NCBI GenBank assembly: GCA_964356445.1
Contig: CAYHHO010000001.1
Span: forward strand, 1,725 to 65,724
From: an uncultured Singulisphaera sp.
GTDB lineage: Bacteria > Planctomycetota > Phycisphaerae > Phycisphaerales > SM1A02
Direction: 5' to 3'
DNA: 64,000 nt
The notes beneath the pieces are model-generated. The model ran no database searches, was not told the origin of the DNA, and saw only the letters and a list, made by a program, of their open reading frames with translations. Of the stretch, positions 1-9,628 are shown piece by piece (position 1 is the stretch's first letter; each line of letters opens with the position of its first letter). A program made the position numbers and the translations under genes.

Positions 1-120
1 CCGCTCCCCATGCCCCCGCGATTGACGTGACGAGCAAGGACATCGCGACGGCGCATGCGGAGCGTTTCATGCGCACGAAGGTACAGCGCGCAGAATTGGC
101 GTCACTATGATTTCCGCCTC

Positions 121-1041
121 ATGCCTCGTTCGATTCTCATCCAAGCCCCAGCGAAACTGAATCTCGCGTTGTCGGTTGGCGCGCTCAATGAGCACGGAAT
201 GCACCCGATTTCAAGTTGGATGGTGACTGTCGACTTGTGCGATGACCTCCATCTCAAGCCCCTTCCGGCTGGGAGCTACTCCCTCTTCGCAACAATCTGG
301 CATGGCGACGCGCTTCGTCGCAGCGAGATCGACTGGTCGATCGCCAAAGACCTTGTACACCGCGCACACGACCGGCTCGAAATGTTTGTGGGTCGAGAAC
401 TGCCAGTGAAGAGCAGGCTTGAGAAACGCATCCCCGTCGGCGGCGGACTTGGCGGAGGATCCAGCGATGCCGCTGCGATGCTGCGCGGACTCAACGAACT
501 CTTCGCGCTCGGAGTCTCAAGCGACGACCTTCGCAAGATCGCCGCAACGCTCGGATCGGATGTCCCGTTCCTAATCGGCGGCGGATCGGCGCTCATCGGC
601 GGCACTGGCGAAACCATTGAGTCGCTCGGCGATCCACCGAGACTGCACGCAGTCCTCTACTTCCCCGAAGTCCCCTGCCCGACCGGAGCCGTCTACAACG
701 AGTTCGACGCTCAGTTCAAGGGCGCAGATCGCCCTCCCCAACTTCGGCCCACGCTCGTCCGCGAACTTGCGTCACGGCCGCACCTCGACGCCGCTGCGCC
801 ATTCAACGACCTCGCGGTTGCCGCGCGAGTGGTGGCTCCCGCAATGGCAGAAGACATGGAGGAAATCGCTCAACTCGCCCAACTTCCGGTGCATGTCTGC
901 GGCAGCGGATCGAGCCTCTTCACCATCTGCAGCGATCCGATGCATGCAAATGCGCTCGCAAGCGCTTCCCGAACGCAGCTTCACATCCCCGCGGTCGCGG
1001 TCACAACCAAGCCGCTCCCTCCTATCATCCCCTCCCCATGA
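121..1041 (+). CDS. ispE: 4-diphosphocytidyl-2-C-methyl-D-erythritol kinase (MEP pathway)
   Basis: ORF 55..1041. 'ILIQAPAKLNLALSVG' N-terminus and the GHMP-kinase loop 'PVGGGLGGGSSDAAAML' are IspE signatures. Start placed at the ATG at 121 (MPRSILIQ...), because homologues begin a few residues before APAK. Confidence 0.9.
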   Translation: MPRSILIQAPAKLNLALSVGALNEHGMHPISSWMVTVDLCDDLHLKPLPAGSYSLFATIWHGDALRRSEIDWSIAKDLVHRAHDRLEMFVGRELPVKSRLEKRIPVGGGLGGGSSDAAAMLRGLNELFALGVSSDDLRKIAATLGSDVPFLIGGGSALIGGTGETIESLGDPPRLHAVLYFPEVPCPTGAVYNEFDAQFKGADRPPQLRPTLVRELASRPHLDAAAPFNDLAVAARVVAPAMAEDMEEIAQLAQLPVHVCGSGSSLFTICSDPMHANALASASRTQLHIPAVAVTTKPLPPIIPSP

Positions 1042-2720
1042 AATTGCCACCAAATCTCGACGCCACGCAGTGGGATCAACTCGCTCCGCTCTACGCGCAG
1101 TTGAATGCGCGCACGATTTCGTCAGCGAAGGAGTTCGAGCAGTTCATCATCGACCGCAGCGAGCTCGATGCGATGGCGGATGAAGCGCAGGCGAACCTCT
1201 ATATCGGGATGACCTGTCACACCGACGACGAAACTCGGCGCGCTGCCTTCCTGAAGTTCATTCAAGACGTCGAACCAAACTTGCGAACAATCGGCGCAGA
1301 ACTCGACCGCAAGACCATCGACAGCCCCTTCGCCAAGCAAGTCGATCCAGCACGCTACGAGACGTATCTGCGCGCGCTGCGCCAAGAAGTCAGGCTCTTC
1401 CGCGCAGAGAACGTGCCGCTCCAGACCGAGGCGACCACATTCGACCAGGAGTACAGCAAACTCTGCGGAGCCATGTCCGTCACCTTCGACGGCAGGGAAC
1501 AGACGATGCCGCAGATGGCGAAGTACTTGGAGTCCACAGACGGCGCTACCCGACAGGGATCGTGGATCGCAGTTGCCTCACGGCGACTGAAGGATCGCGA
1601 CGCGATCGACGCGATCTATGACAAGCTCATCGAAGTGCGACACCGCATGGCGATCAACGCCGGTTTCGAAAACTACCGCGACTTCCAGCACGAGCGCATG
1701 CTTCGGTTCGACTACAAGCCCGCGGATTGCAAGAGATTCCATCAGGCAATTGAAGAAACATGCGTTCCGCTCATGCGCGAACTGCACCGCGAGCGCAAGG
1801 CGGCGCTTGGCGTCAAGACTCTGCGTCCGTGGGACTTGAAGGTCGACCTTCGCGGGCGAAATCCCCTGCGACCATTCGAGGACACCACACAACTCGTGGA
1901 GCGCACCTCCCGTGCATTCCACAGGCTCGACGGCGAACTCGGCGCAATGTTCGACTCGATGCGCACAGGCTCGTGCCTCGACCTCGAAACGCGCAAGGGC
2001 AAGGCGCCGGGCGGATACCAGTACCAGCGCCAGTCGTCACGGACGCCGTTTATCTTCATGAATGCCGCAGGATTGCAGCGCGACCTCACCACAATGGTGC
2101 ACGAAGCGGGACACGCTTTCCACTCGCTGCTCAGCAAGCATGATCCAATCCTCGCGTACCGCGGCAGCCCGATCGAATTCGCCGAGGTCGCATCGATGAG
2201 CATGGAGTTGCTCACTTTCCCGCAACTCGACGAGTTCTACACCCCCGAAGAAAACGCTCGCGCTCGTCGAGATCAACTCGAGGGACTCGCATCGCTTCTT
2301 CCTTGGATCGCAACGATCGACGCATTCCAGCACTGGGTCTATACAAACCCGAAGCACTCGCGTGCAGAGCGCAGCGCATACTGGATCGAACTCAATTCAC
2401 GTTTCGGTGGAGATGTCGACTGGGCAGGTCACGAAGAGACGCTCGCATCGCTCTGGCAGCGGCAACTGCATCTCTTTGGTTCGCCCTTCTACTACGTCGA
2501 ATACGGCATCGCGCAATTGGGTGCCCTACAGATGTGGCGACAGGCACGCCGCGATCCAAAGGCGGCGCTCGCCAACTACAAGCGCGCGCTGAGCCTCGGC
2601 GGTTCGCGCCCGCTGCCTGAACTGTTTACTTCGGCTGGGTTGACGTTCGACTTCGGCCCCGAGACGGTTCGCGGCCTGATGGACGAAGTCCAGATCGAAC
2701 TCGCGTCAATTCCCGCGTAA
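1038..2720 (+). CDS. M3-family oligoendopeptidase (PepF-like zinc metallopeptidase)
   Basis: 560 aa with HExxH zinc site 'HEAGHAFH' and the downstream 'EFAEVASMSMELL' Glu ligand region. Length and N-terminal helical domain are typical of M3B oligoendopeptidases. ATGA overlap with the ispE stop. Confidence 0.85.
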   Translation: MKLPPNLDATQWDQLAPLYAQLNARTISSAKEFEQFIIDRSELDAMADEAQANLYIGMTCHTDDETRRAAFLKFIQDVEPNLRTIGAELDRKTIDSPFAKQVDPARYETYLRALRQEVRLFRAENVPLQTEATTFDQEYSKLCGAMSVTFDGREQTMPQMAKYLESTDGATRQGSWIAVASRRLKDRDAIDAIYDKLIEVRHRMAINAGFENYRDFQHERMLRFDYKPADCKRFHQAIEETCVPLMRELHRERKAALGVKTLRPWDLKVDLRGRNPLRPFEDTTQLVERTSRAFHRLDGELGAMFDSMRTGSCLDLETRKGKAPGGYQYQRQSSRTPFIFMNAAGLQRDLTTMVHEAGHAFHSLLSKHDPILAYRGSPIEFAEVASMSMELLTFPQLDEFYTPEENARARRDQLEGLASLLPWIATIDAFQHWVYTNPKHSRAERSAYWIELNSRFGGDVDWAGHEETLASLWQRQLHLFGSPFYYVEYGIAQLGALQMWRQARRDPKAALANYKRALSLGGSRPLPELFTSAGLTFDFGPETVRGLMDEVQIELASIPA

Positions 2721-2752
2721 GTAGAGTCCAGCAAGAACTTGGAGAAGTCACA

Positions 2753-3826
2753 GTGAAGAAGGTTGTCATCCTCGGCGGTGGAAAAATCGGACGCATGGTT
2801 TCCTTCCTACTTGGAACATGCGGCGACTATCAGGTGCGAGTCGGCGACTTGAACCTCGATGGCGCTCAAGCTGCTGCGAGTGTCTTTGGCGGAACTGGAG
2901 AAAAGGTCGACCTCTCCGTCGCTTCGGAAGTCGCAGCGTTCGTCAAGGGAGCGTGGGCAGTGATCTCGTGCGCTCCGTATCACTGCAACCCAACCATCGC
3001 GAAGTGCGCACGAGACGCTGGCGCGCACTATTTCGACCTGACCGAGGACGTGCATGTCACGAAACAAGTGATCGAACTTGCCAAGGATTCGAAGACGGCA
3101 TTCCTTCCCCAGTGCGGGCTCGCGCCCGGATTCATCACGATCGCCGCGAATCACCTCGCGAAGCCCTTCGCGCAGATCGACACGCTTCGGCTTCGCGTTG
3201 GTGCACTCCCCCAGCACCCGTCGAATCAGTTGGGCTACAACCTGACATGGTCGACCGAGGGTGTCGTGAACGAGTACATCAACCCTTGTGACGCAGTCCA
3301 AGGCGGGCAACTCGTGACGGTCCCAGCACTCGAGCAACTCGAACGGCTCGTCATCGACGGGATCGAATTCGAAGCGTTCAATACCTCCGGTGGACTCGGC
3401 ACACTTGCCGATTCGCTTAAGGGGCGCGTGAAAGACCTCAATTACAAGACGATTCGCTTCCCTGGGCATTGCGCTCTGATGCGATTCCTTCTGCACGAAC
3501 TCCGATTCAGCGAGCACCGCGACGAGATGCGTGCGGTGCTTGAGCGCGCAATTCCTGCAACACTTGATGACCAGGTTGTGATTTTCGTGAGCGCCTCAGG
3601 CACGCTTGACGGACGCCTCACCGAGCGCGTGTACGCCCAACGTGTGATCGCGCAGTCGCTGGGCGGACATCATTGGACCGCGATCCAAGTGACCACCGCT
3701 GCAGGCATCGCAGCGCTTGTCGATCTCTTCGCGCAAGGGAAAACTCCCGCGCATGGTCTTGTTCGAATGGAAGACGTGCGCTGGGACGACTTCATGTCCA
3801 ACCGATTTGGTCGGTTGTATGCGTAG
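2753..3826 (+). CDS. saccharopine dehydrogenase family NAD(P)-binding protein
   Basis: N-terminal Rossmann motif 'KKVVILGGGKIGRMV'. About 357 aa with an 'LPQCGLAPGF' segment typical of the Sacchrp_dh NADP-binding plus C-terminal domain architecture. GTG start. Substrate not inferable. Confidence 0.7.
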   Translation: MKKVVILGGGKIGRMVSFLLGTCGDYQVRVGDLNLDGAQAAASVFGGTGEKVDLSVASEVAAFVKGAWAVISCAPYHCNPTIAKCARDAGAHYFDLTEDVHVTKQVIELAKDSKTAFLPQCGLAPGFITIAANHLAKPFAQIDTLRLRVGALPQHPSNQLGYNLTWSTEGVVNEYINPCDAVQGGQLVTVPALEQLERLVIDGIEFEAFNTSGGLGTLADSLKGRVKDLNYKTIRFPGHCALMRFLLHELRFSEHRDEMRAVLERAIPATLDDQVVIFVSASGTLDGRLTERVYAQRVIAQSLGGHHWTAIQVTTAAGIAALVDLFAQGKTPAHGLVRMEDVRWDDFMSNRFGRLYA

Positions 3827-4135
3827 TCGGTCGTGCCTAAAATGACGGAGTAATTTGAATTTTCGTTTCGGCAGACGCGGTGATCGCCACACTCGCGCTG
3901 ATGTTGCAGAGACCTGTACGCCGCGTGTTGGATGCAAGTTGCCCATTTTTTGAATTTCATTCGGTTCGAGTCCTTCGACCGTGAAGCGTCTCTGCAAACG
4001 ACCCCTCAACTGACCACCACCGCGACGAAAGACGAGCGGTTTCCTGCGAAGATTAAAGGTCATTCGAAAGCGCGGCTTCCTACAATTCCGTCACTCTTGG
4101 CTTGATTAGTTTCGAATCTCTGCCATAATTCGACT

Positions 4136-6709
4136 GTGAAATCTCATTCCCAAACTGGTCACGGCAGTTTGCTGTGTTCTGCCATTCGCAATTCAACTCA
4201 AGGCAACTCGAATCGTTTTCGCACCGCGTTCGCGATGTGCGCTTCAAGCGCGCTGCTCGCAAGCAGCGCAGCGTTCGCGGCAAGTTCGATTTCGCTTTTG
4301 TCGGTTGACGCGTCCTCGACACGCACCGTCTCACCGATTGCGATAGATGTGAACACCAAGCAGGTTGAACTCGCTTGGGATGGAATCGATCTGCGACTGC
4401 CGCACGACATTGCATGGACGTCGGCGAGTTCGAAGTCGCCAGAGCCGGGTCGCCACTCGTATCTCGCGAAGGGACGCGACGCGCGCGGACCAGTTGAGTT
4501 GCTCGTCGCTGAGCGCGACGGATACATCGCCGCAACCATGCTCGACGGATCAGGAGTTCGATGGCGAAGCAACAGCATCGCCGGCCAGCCGATTGTCTTT
4601 CAAGCAGATTCGCCCGAGCAGGCGAAGAAGGGGTGCGGTGGAACCCCAGAGCCGTCGGCGGCGCTCCAGGCAGCGCTCCAAGCAGCGGCTGCACAGTCAA
4701 ACCAATCGAACGACGGCGGAGTCGCGGGCGAGTGCTACGACAGCGACGACGTGACGATCTTGGTTGTGTACACGGCGTGCGCCGTCTTTCAGGCGGGCGG
4801 GATCGGTCCCCTCTATTCAGGTGTCGATCTCACCGAAGATCTCATGAACCTCGCATTCAGGAATAGCAAGATCGATGAGACCGCAACGCAAGGGACGACA
4901 CGCACCATCAGAATTGTTGGGGTTTTGCCCTCCACCGACTATGTACCAGGATGTGGCACAAGCCTTCCGTGCTACGACCCTGACTCCAACCAGTGGTGTG
5001 GCGAGAACAAGACATTTGAGGACTATCTCAACGAGGTCACCAACCCAGGGACTGCCCTCGGCGGATACACCGCCAACATGCGCGACTATCTCAAGGCGGA
5101 CCTCGTCGTTCTCCTTCGTAACTCGAGTACTGATGGGGTCGCCGGACTCGCATGGAAGAAGGGGAGTTTCAACTGTGGAGAGGCAACCGCAGGCAACCTA
5201 GGTTTTTGCGTGGTGGATGTCACCACACTCGGCGACACGACGCTGCCGCACGAGGTGGGACATCTCTTCGGTTGCTGCCACGCGTACGGCGATCAAGGTG
5301 GCGGCTGCAATGGCGCGAACAATCTGTGGGCGTACAGCAATGGACATCGCTTCATCGCAGATGACTTTGTGATGTACGGAACAATCATGGCGTACCCGCC
5401 AGCAACAACGATTACGCACTTCTCAAATCCAGACGTCTACTACGAAGGCAAAGCAACGGGCTCGCCACAAGGGTCGCAAGACCCCACGACCGGCCACTGG
5501 GACGACAACGCCAGATTGATTCGGGACACATTCTCGGATGTTCGGTGCTATAGATGTTCGGAACTCGAGCCACCTCCGCCGGAAACTGTGATTACCTATT
5601 CCGGCTTCGTGAAAGCCTGGGGCTGGAACAACAGCGGTCAGACCGATGTCCCCGCCACGCTCGGCAAGTGCATTGTTGTCGACGCTGGCGCACAGTTCTC
5701 GGTTGCAATTCAGGAGACGCTCTCGGGAGACACTCCGCCCGCCGTCCTGTCGTACGGACTCGCAAAGGCATGGGGGCTGAATTCCTCTGGGCAAACGACA
5801 GTTCCAGTATCGCTCGGTAACTGCAGTGCAATCTCGGCTGGCGCTGCGCATGTTCTTGCGCTGCGGTGGTCTACCGATCCATTGGTCCACGAAACAGTCG
5901 TGGCTTGGGGCGCGAACACGAGTGGGCAAACCGTGGTTCCAGGCAGCCTCGGCGCATGCAAAGCAGTCGCTGCGGGTGGTGCGCATAGCCTCGCAATCAA
6001 GAAAGGAGGCGCCAACGACGGGCTCATCGCGGGTTGGGGGTTGAATTCAAATGGACAGACAACGCCGCCAACTGGATCACTGACCTACATGGCAGTCGCC
6101 GCCGGATCGCTCCACTCGCTTGGTTTGACTACTGAAGGGACGCCGAGAGCTTGGGGATCTAGTACGAACGGGCAAACTTCGGTCCCACCTGGTCTGACTG
6201 GATGCACACGCATCGAAGCGGGTGATTCGCATTCGCTGGTGCTCAAGTCCGACGGGACCGTACTTGCTTGGGGATTGAACACCTTCGGTCAGGCAACCGT
6301 CCCAGCGTCGCTGGGGTCGTGCCTGGCAATCGCTGGTGGAACAAGCCATTCGAGTTCAATCAAGAAACTGACTGCGACTCCTACGCCGCCATACGGTGAT
6401 GTGGTTTGCTGGGGGGCAGGCTTGTCCGACACTGGCACGGTTCCCAATTACGGCCAGTCCATCGTGCCCGCCACCTTCAGCGGGGCCTATCAAGTCGCAG
6501 ACGGTGGATACCACACGCTCGCGGTCGTGAAGGATGTTCTCCTCGCGAACTGCTCTGGCGACTTCAACGGCGACGGTTCCCGTGACGGCATCGACCTCAC
6601 GACGCTGCTCTCCGGATGGGGAACCATCAACGGTGACTGCAACAATGACGGAACCACTGACGGAACCGACTTGACCTTCCTGCTCTCAGGATGGGGGTCA
6701 TGCGAATGA
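4136..6709 (+). CDS. secreted metzincin-like metalloprotease / 7-bladed RCC1 beta-propeller / C-terminal dockerin-like module
   Basis: Hydrophobic signal-like N-terminus (...RFRTAFAMCASSALLASSAAFAASS). Zinc site 'HEVGHLFGCCH' (HExxHxxGxxH, nt 5249-5281) with a possible Met-turn 'GTIMAYP'. Seven repeats of the form '[AG]WG.N..GQT.VP..LG.C..[IV].AG..H[ST]L[AG][IL]' (RCC1-like). Terminal double EF-hand 'DFNGDGSRDGIDLTTLLSGWG...DCNNDGTTDGTDLTFLLSGWGSCE*' (nt 6560-6706). Start uncertain (GTG 4136; ATG 4235 would remove the charged n-region). Confidence 0.8.
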   Translation: MKSHSQTGHGSLLCSAIRNSTQGNSNRFRTAFAMCASSALLASSAAFAASSISLLSVDASSTRTVSPIAIDVNTKQVELAWDGIDLRLPHDIAWTSASSKSPEPGRHSYLAKGRDARGPVELLVAERDGYIAATMLDGSGVRWRSNSIAGQPIVFQADSPEQAKKGCGGTPEPSAALQAALQAAAAQSNQSNDGGVAGECYDSDDVTILVVYTACAVFQAGGIGPLYSGVDLTEDLMNLAFRNSKIDETATQGTTRTIRIVGVLPSTDYVPGCGTSLPCYDPDSNQWCGENKTFEDYLNEVTNPGTALGGYTANMRDYLKADLVVLLRNSSTDGVAGLAWKKGSFNCGEATAGNLGFCVVDVTTLGDTTLPHEVGHLFGCCHAYGDQGGGCNGANNLWAYSNGHRFIADDFVMYGTIMAYPPATTITHFSNPDVYYEGKATGSPQGSQDPTTGHWDDNARLIRDTFSDVRCYRCSELEPPPPETVITYSGFVKAWGWNNSGQTDVPATLGKCIVVDAGAQFSVAIQETLSGDTPPAVLSYGLAKAWGLNSSGQTTVPVSLGNCSAISAGAAHVLALRWSTDPLVHETVVAWGANTSGQTVVPGSLGACKAVAAGGAHSLAIKKGGANDGLIAGWGLNSNGQTTPPTGSLTYMAVAAGSLHSLGLTTEGTPRAWGSSTNGQTSVPPGLTGCTRIEAGDSHSLVLKSDGTVLAWGLNTFGQATVPASLGSCLAIAGGTSHSSSIKKLTATPTPPYGDVVCWGAGLSDTGTVPNYGQSIVPATFSGAYQVADGGYHTLAVVKDVLLANCSGDFNGDGSRDGIDLTTLLSGWGTINGDCNNDGTTDGTDLTFLLSGWGSCE

Positions 6710-6807
6710 GACGATCAAACACCAACCAACCACTCATGCCAACCATCGACACCAGCAACATGCGACGAGCAACCAGCCCAACACCAACATTCTCATGGAG
6801 TTCTAGA

Positions 6808-9522
6808 ATGAGTTCGACAGTTCTCACACGCGCCCGTCGGACGACTCTCGTCGCGTGCGCGACCGCTGTGTTGTTTCTCGCTTTCACCGATACTTCGACC
6901 GCTGACTCTCAGCATCGCGGTGGAGCAGGTGTAGCGGTCCCTTCGGTTGAACCTGGGACCGAATCGACCCCTCAGGTTGTGGCGCAACTCGGGACGCTCG
7001 ACATCCGCTTCCCGTTTGAAGTCGCGTGGCGGTCCGCGGAGGTTCGGCATCCTCGCGATGGCAGGCAGTGCCTTGTCGCAAAGGGGCGAGATGCGGTTGG
7101 ATACACCCAAGCCATCCTCACAGAAATGGACGGCGCATTCGCCGGTCGGCTGTGGGACGGCGCAGGAAACCAGTGGATTACGCGCGGTTTCGTCGGTGAA
7201 CCTGTCGTTTTCAGAATGTCGACGCCGGACGCACCTGCTCTCTGCGGCGGTGGCGTGCCCGTTCCACCAGAAGTTCTCGTTCAAGGGCCTGGTGGCGCAA
7301 ATGGTGGAAGCAACGATGAGGGCGGCATCGCGGGGAGTCCCCCACAGCCATGCATCGATGCCGAAACGGTGGACATTTTGGTCGTCTACACGCCGTGCGC
7401 GCTCGAGGAATACAGTTGGGGTCAGGACAACGGACCGCCACCAGATCCATCCGTTCCAGTCGCAGCCGGATTGATCCGACTCGCTGCGGAAGTCGCCAAC
7501 GTCGAAGACACGATGAATCAGTCGTTGGACGACAGCCTCGTCAGCACGCCAGACCATGTTCGACACGTGCGCGTCGTCTCACTCCAACCACTAGTCCAGG
7601 AACCAGATTGCCGGCCCGGCACGTGGGTCCCGGACCCACCCGATCCGCTTTATGACTGCCATCAACTGGAGGATCCAGTTGCTCAACAGCCGGATATCTG
7701 GTGCGGTGAAGATACGACGGCTCAAGAGGATTTGGCTCGGATCACTGACCCAGCGAATGATCAATTTTGGATCTGGGGCGGACTCATTGAACAGAAGCGT
7801 GACTATCACCGCGCGGACCTCGTGGTGTTCCTCCGCGTGCAGGGTCTCGATGGCGTCGCCGGAATTGCACAGTTGAAGGAGACGAATTCGGCATGTCAGG
7901 GAGCGCAGGGCCACTGTGTTGTGGAGATCACGGGCGTTGGCACAATGATTCATGAGATGGGACACAACTTCGGTTGCTGCCATGAACCAGGCGAAGGTGG
8001 AAATTTCAACTGCTCGATGTTTCCTTACTCATTCGGTCACCGATTCGTCGTTCCAGATGGAACGATTTTCCCACCTGAAAGTAAGACGATCATGGCGTAT
8101 GCGACGGGCGAGGGCATCAATTTCTGGTCGAATCCGGATGTGCTCTTTCCCCCGAATGATCCAAGTGCCCAACCGACCGGAACTCACCAGACTCAATATG
8201 CGTACTGGAGCGACAATGCACGGACGATCCGCGAAACGTTTGATGACGTGCGTTGCTACCGATGTGCAGACCTCCCTCCACTGGCTCCTATTGCCGGACC
8301 TGTGACCTGTTGGGGCAACAACTCCAACGGTCAGACAGCGGTCCCCGTTGGACTCGGGAACTGCACGCAAGTGGCAGCCGGATTCCGCCACACGGTTGCG
8401 TTGCAGTCCAATGGCACAGTGGTCGCATGGGGCGCCGGAACCACAACCGGTTCTTCGCCGAACTGGGGCCAGTCGACTGTCCCGACAGTCATGCCGGAGC
8501 CGCCATACGGCGACGGTGAGGTTGTTGGGGAGTGCTCGTACGTCGCAGCCGGTCTCTATCACAGCGCTGCAATTCGAAAGCGCGGGTCGAGCGATCCGCT
8601 CGACGGCACCGTGGTCTGCTGGGGAGCAGGAGGTGTTGAACAAGCTTCGCCGCATTACGGACAATCCGTAGTTCCCGGCAATGTCGGTGCGTGCAGCAAG
8701 GTGTCGGCAGGTCACTATCACACTCTCGGTCTGAGACGAGATGGACTCGTTCGGGCGTGGGGTGCAGGACTGAGTGGATTGGGTCCATGGCCGCATCTTG
8801 GGCAGTCGTTCGTTTCTCCCGCCTTGGGTTCGTGCATCGACATCGCAGCCGGTGGATACCACAGCGTTGCCGTCCGTGGCGGTTACAGCGGCGGCGTTTG
8901 GGGCGGTCAAGTCGTGGCCTGGGGTGCAGGCACGACGAACACCGGCAGTTACTCGGAGTACGGTCAGTCGATTGTTCCTGTGACGCTTGGTGATTGCATC
9001 AAGGTCGCTGCGGGCGTGTTTCATACTGTCGCATTGAAGCGAGATGGAACGGTTCGAGCCTGGGGTGCCGGAATGACCAATACCGGCATCTTCCCAAACT
9101 TCGGACAGTCGATGACGCCGACGATTCCGCAGACGGTGACCTCCGTGGTCGCCGGTGGCGGATACATCGGAGGAGCGGGTTCACACACGCTCGCGCTCAC
9201 GAATGCGACAACGATTGTTGCGTGGGGAGCGGGAACTACGACTACAGGCACGAATCCGGAATATGGGCAAGCCATCGTTCCAGCCCCCAACGATGACTGG
9301 GTCAATGTCTCTGCAGGTGGACTCCACTCGGCGGGCGTTCGAAACCCTGCTGGTTTCTCGACTTGCCTCGGCGACTTCAATGCCGACGGACTGCGCGACG
9401 GACTCGACCTCACCACCCTGCTCTCGGGCTGGGGTTCGGCGAGCGGCGACTGCACCGGCGATGGAATGACCGATGGATCGGACCTGACGCTGTTGCTCTC
9501 GGGTTGGGGTAACTGTCAGTAA
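6808..9522 (+). CDS. secreted metzincin-like metalloprotease / RCC1 beta-propeller / dockerin-like module (paralogue of 4136..6709)
   Basis: ORF 6691..9522. ATG at 6808 gives signal peptide 'MSSTVLTRARRTTLVACATAVLFLAFTDTSTA'. Zinc site 'HEMGHNFGCCH' (nt 7951-7983) with 'KTIMAYA'. RCC1-like blades ('CWGNNSNGQTAVPVGLGNCTQVAAGFRHTVAL', 'AWGAG...GQS.VP...' variants). C-terminus 'DFNADGLRDGLDLTTLLSGWGSASGDCTGDGMTDGSDLTLLLSGWGNCQ*' (nt 9373-9519). Collinear with the upstream gene. Confidence 0.8.
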   Translation: MSSTVLTRARRTTLVACATAVLFLAFTDTSTADSQHRGGAGVAVPSVEPGTESTPQVVAQLGTLDIRFPFEVAWRSAEVRHPRDGRQCLVAKGRDAVGYTQAILTEMDGAFAGRLWDGAGNQWITRGFVGEPVVFRMSTPDAPALCGGGVPVPPEVLVQGPGGANGGSNDEGGIAGSPPQPCIDAETVDILVVYTPCALEEYSWGQDNGPPPDPSVPVAAGLIRLAAEVANVEDTMNQSLDDSLVSTPDHVRHVRVVSLQPLVQEPDCRPGTWVPDPPDPLYDCHQLEDPVAQQPDIWCGEDTTAQEDLARITDPANDQFWIWGGLIEQKRDYHRADLVVFLRVQGLDGVAGIAQLKETNSACQGAQGHCVVEITGVGTMIHEMGHNFGCCHEPGEGGNFNCSMFPYSFGHRFVVPDGTIFPPESKTIMAYATGEGINFWSNPDVLFPPNDPSAQPTGTHQTQYAYWSDNARTIRETFDDVRCYRCADLPPLAPIAGPVTCWGNNSNGQTAVPVGLGNCTQVAAGFRHTVALQSNGTVVAWGAGTTTGSSPNWGQSTVPTVMPEPPYGDGEVVGECSYVAAGLYHSAAIRKRGSSDPLDGTVVCWGAGGVEQASPHYGQSVVPGNVGACSKVSAGHYHTLGLRRDGLVRAWGAGLSGLGPWPHLGQSFVSPALGSCIDIAAGGYHSVAVRGGYSGGVWGGQVVAWGAGTTNTGSYSEYGQSIVPVTLGDCIKVAAGVFHTVALKRDGTVRAWGAGMTNTGIFPNFGQSMTPTIPQTVTSVVAGGGYIGGAGSHTLALTNATTIVAWGAGTTTTGTNPEYGQAIVPAPNDDWVNVSAGGLHSAGVRNPAGFSTCLGDFNADGLRDGLDLTTLLSGWGSASGDCTGDGMTDGSDLTLLLSGWGNCQ

Positions 9523-9553
9523 AGACTCAGGCGCGAGCATTCGATGATCACCC

Positions 9554-9585
9554 AGAGGGTGCCCAAGTGGGCGCCCTCTTTTTTC
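9554..9585 (+). terminator. rho-independent terminator between convergent genes
   Basis: Stem AGAGGGTGCCC (9554-9564), loop AAGT, stem GGGCGCCCTCT (9569-9579). This gives 11 bp with one G-T wobble, followed by TTTTT C. It lies 32 nt after the stop of the RCC1 paralogue. Confidence 0.75.
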
Positions 9586-9628
9586 TCCGCACACAAATCC
9601 CTAAGCTCGGCGCCTCGGTCGCGCCCGG

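Noticed and set aside
3955-3990. tRNA T-loop-like string GGTTCGAGTCC (3963-3973) in the AT-richer spacer upstream of the RCC1 pair; considered a tRNA gene or a tRNA-derived att remnant
   Set aside because: The flanking bases give only 2 bp of T-stem, and I could not fold an acceptor stem or anticodon arm. It forms only a local CGG-TCGA/TCGA-CCG hairpin. An att-site remnant cannot be excluded, but no integrase or direct repeat supports one.
6793-9024. Minus-strand ORFs 6793-7566 (257 aa) and 8029-9024 (331 aa)
   Set aside because: They are antisense to the second metzincin-RCC1 gene, whose repeats and zinc site are clear.
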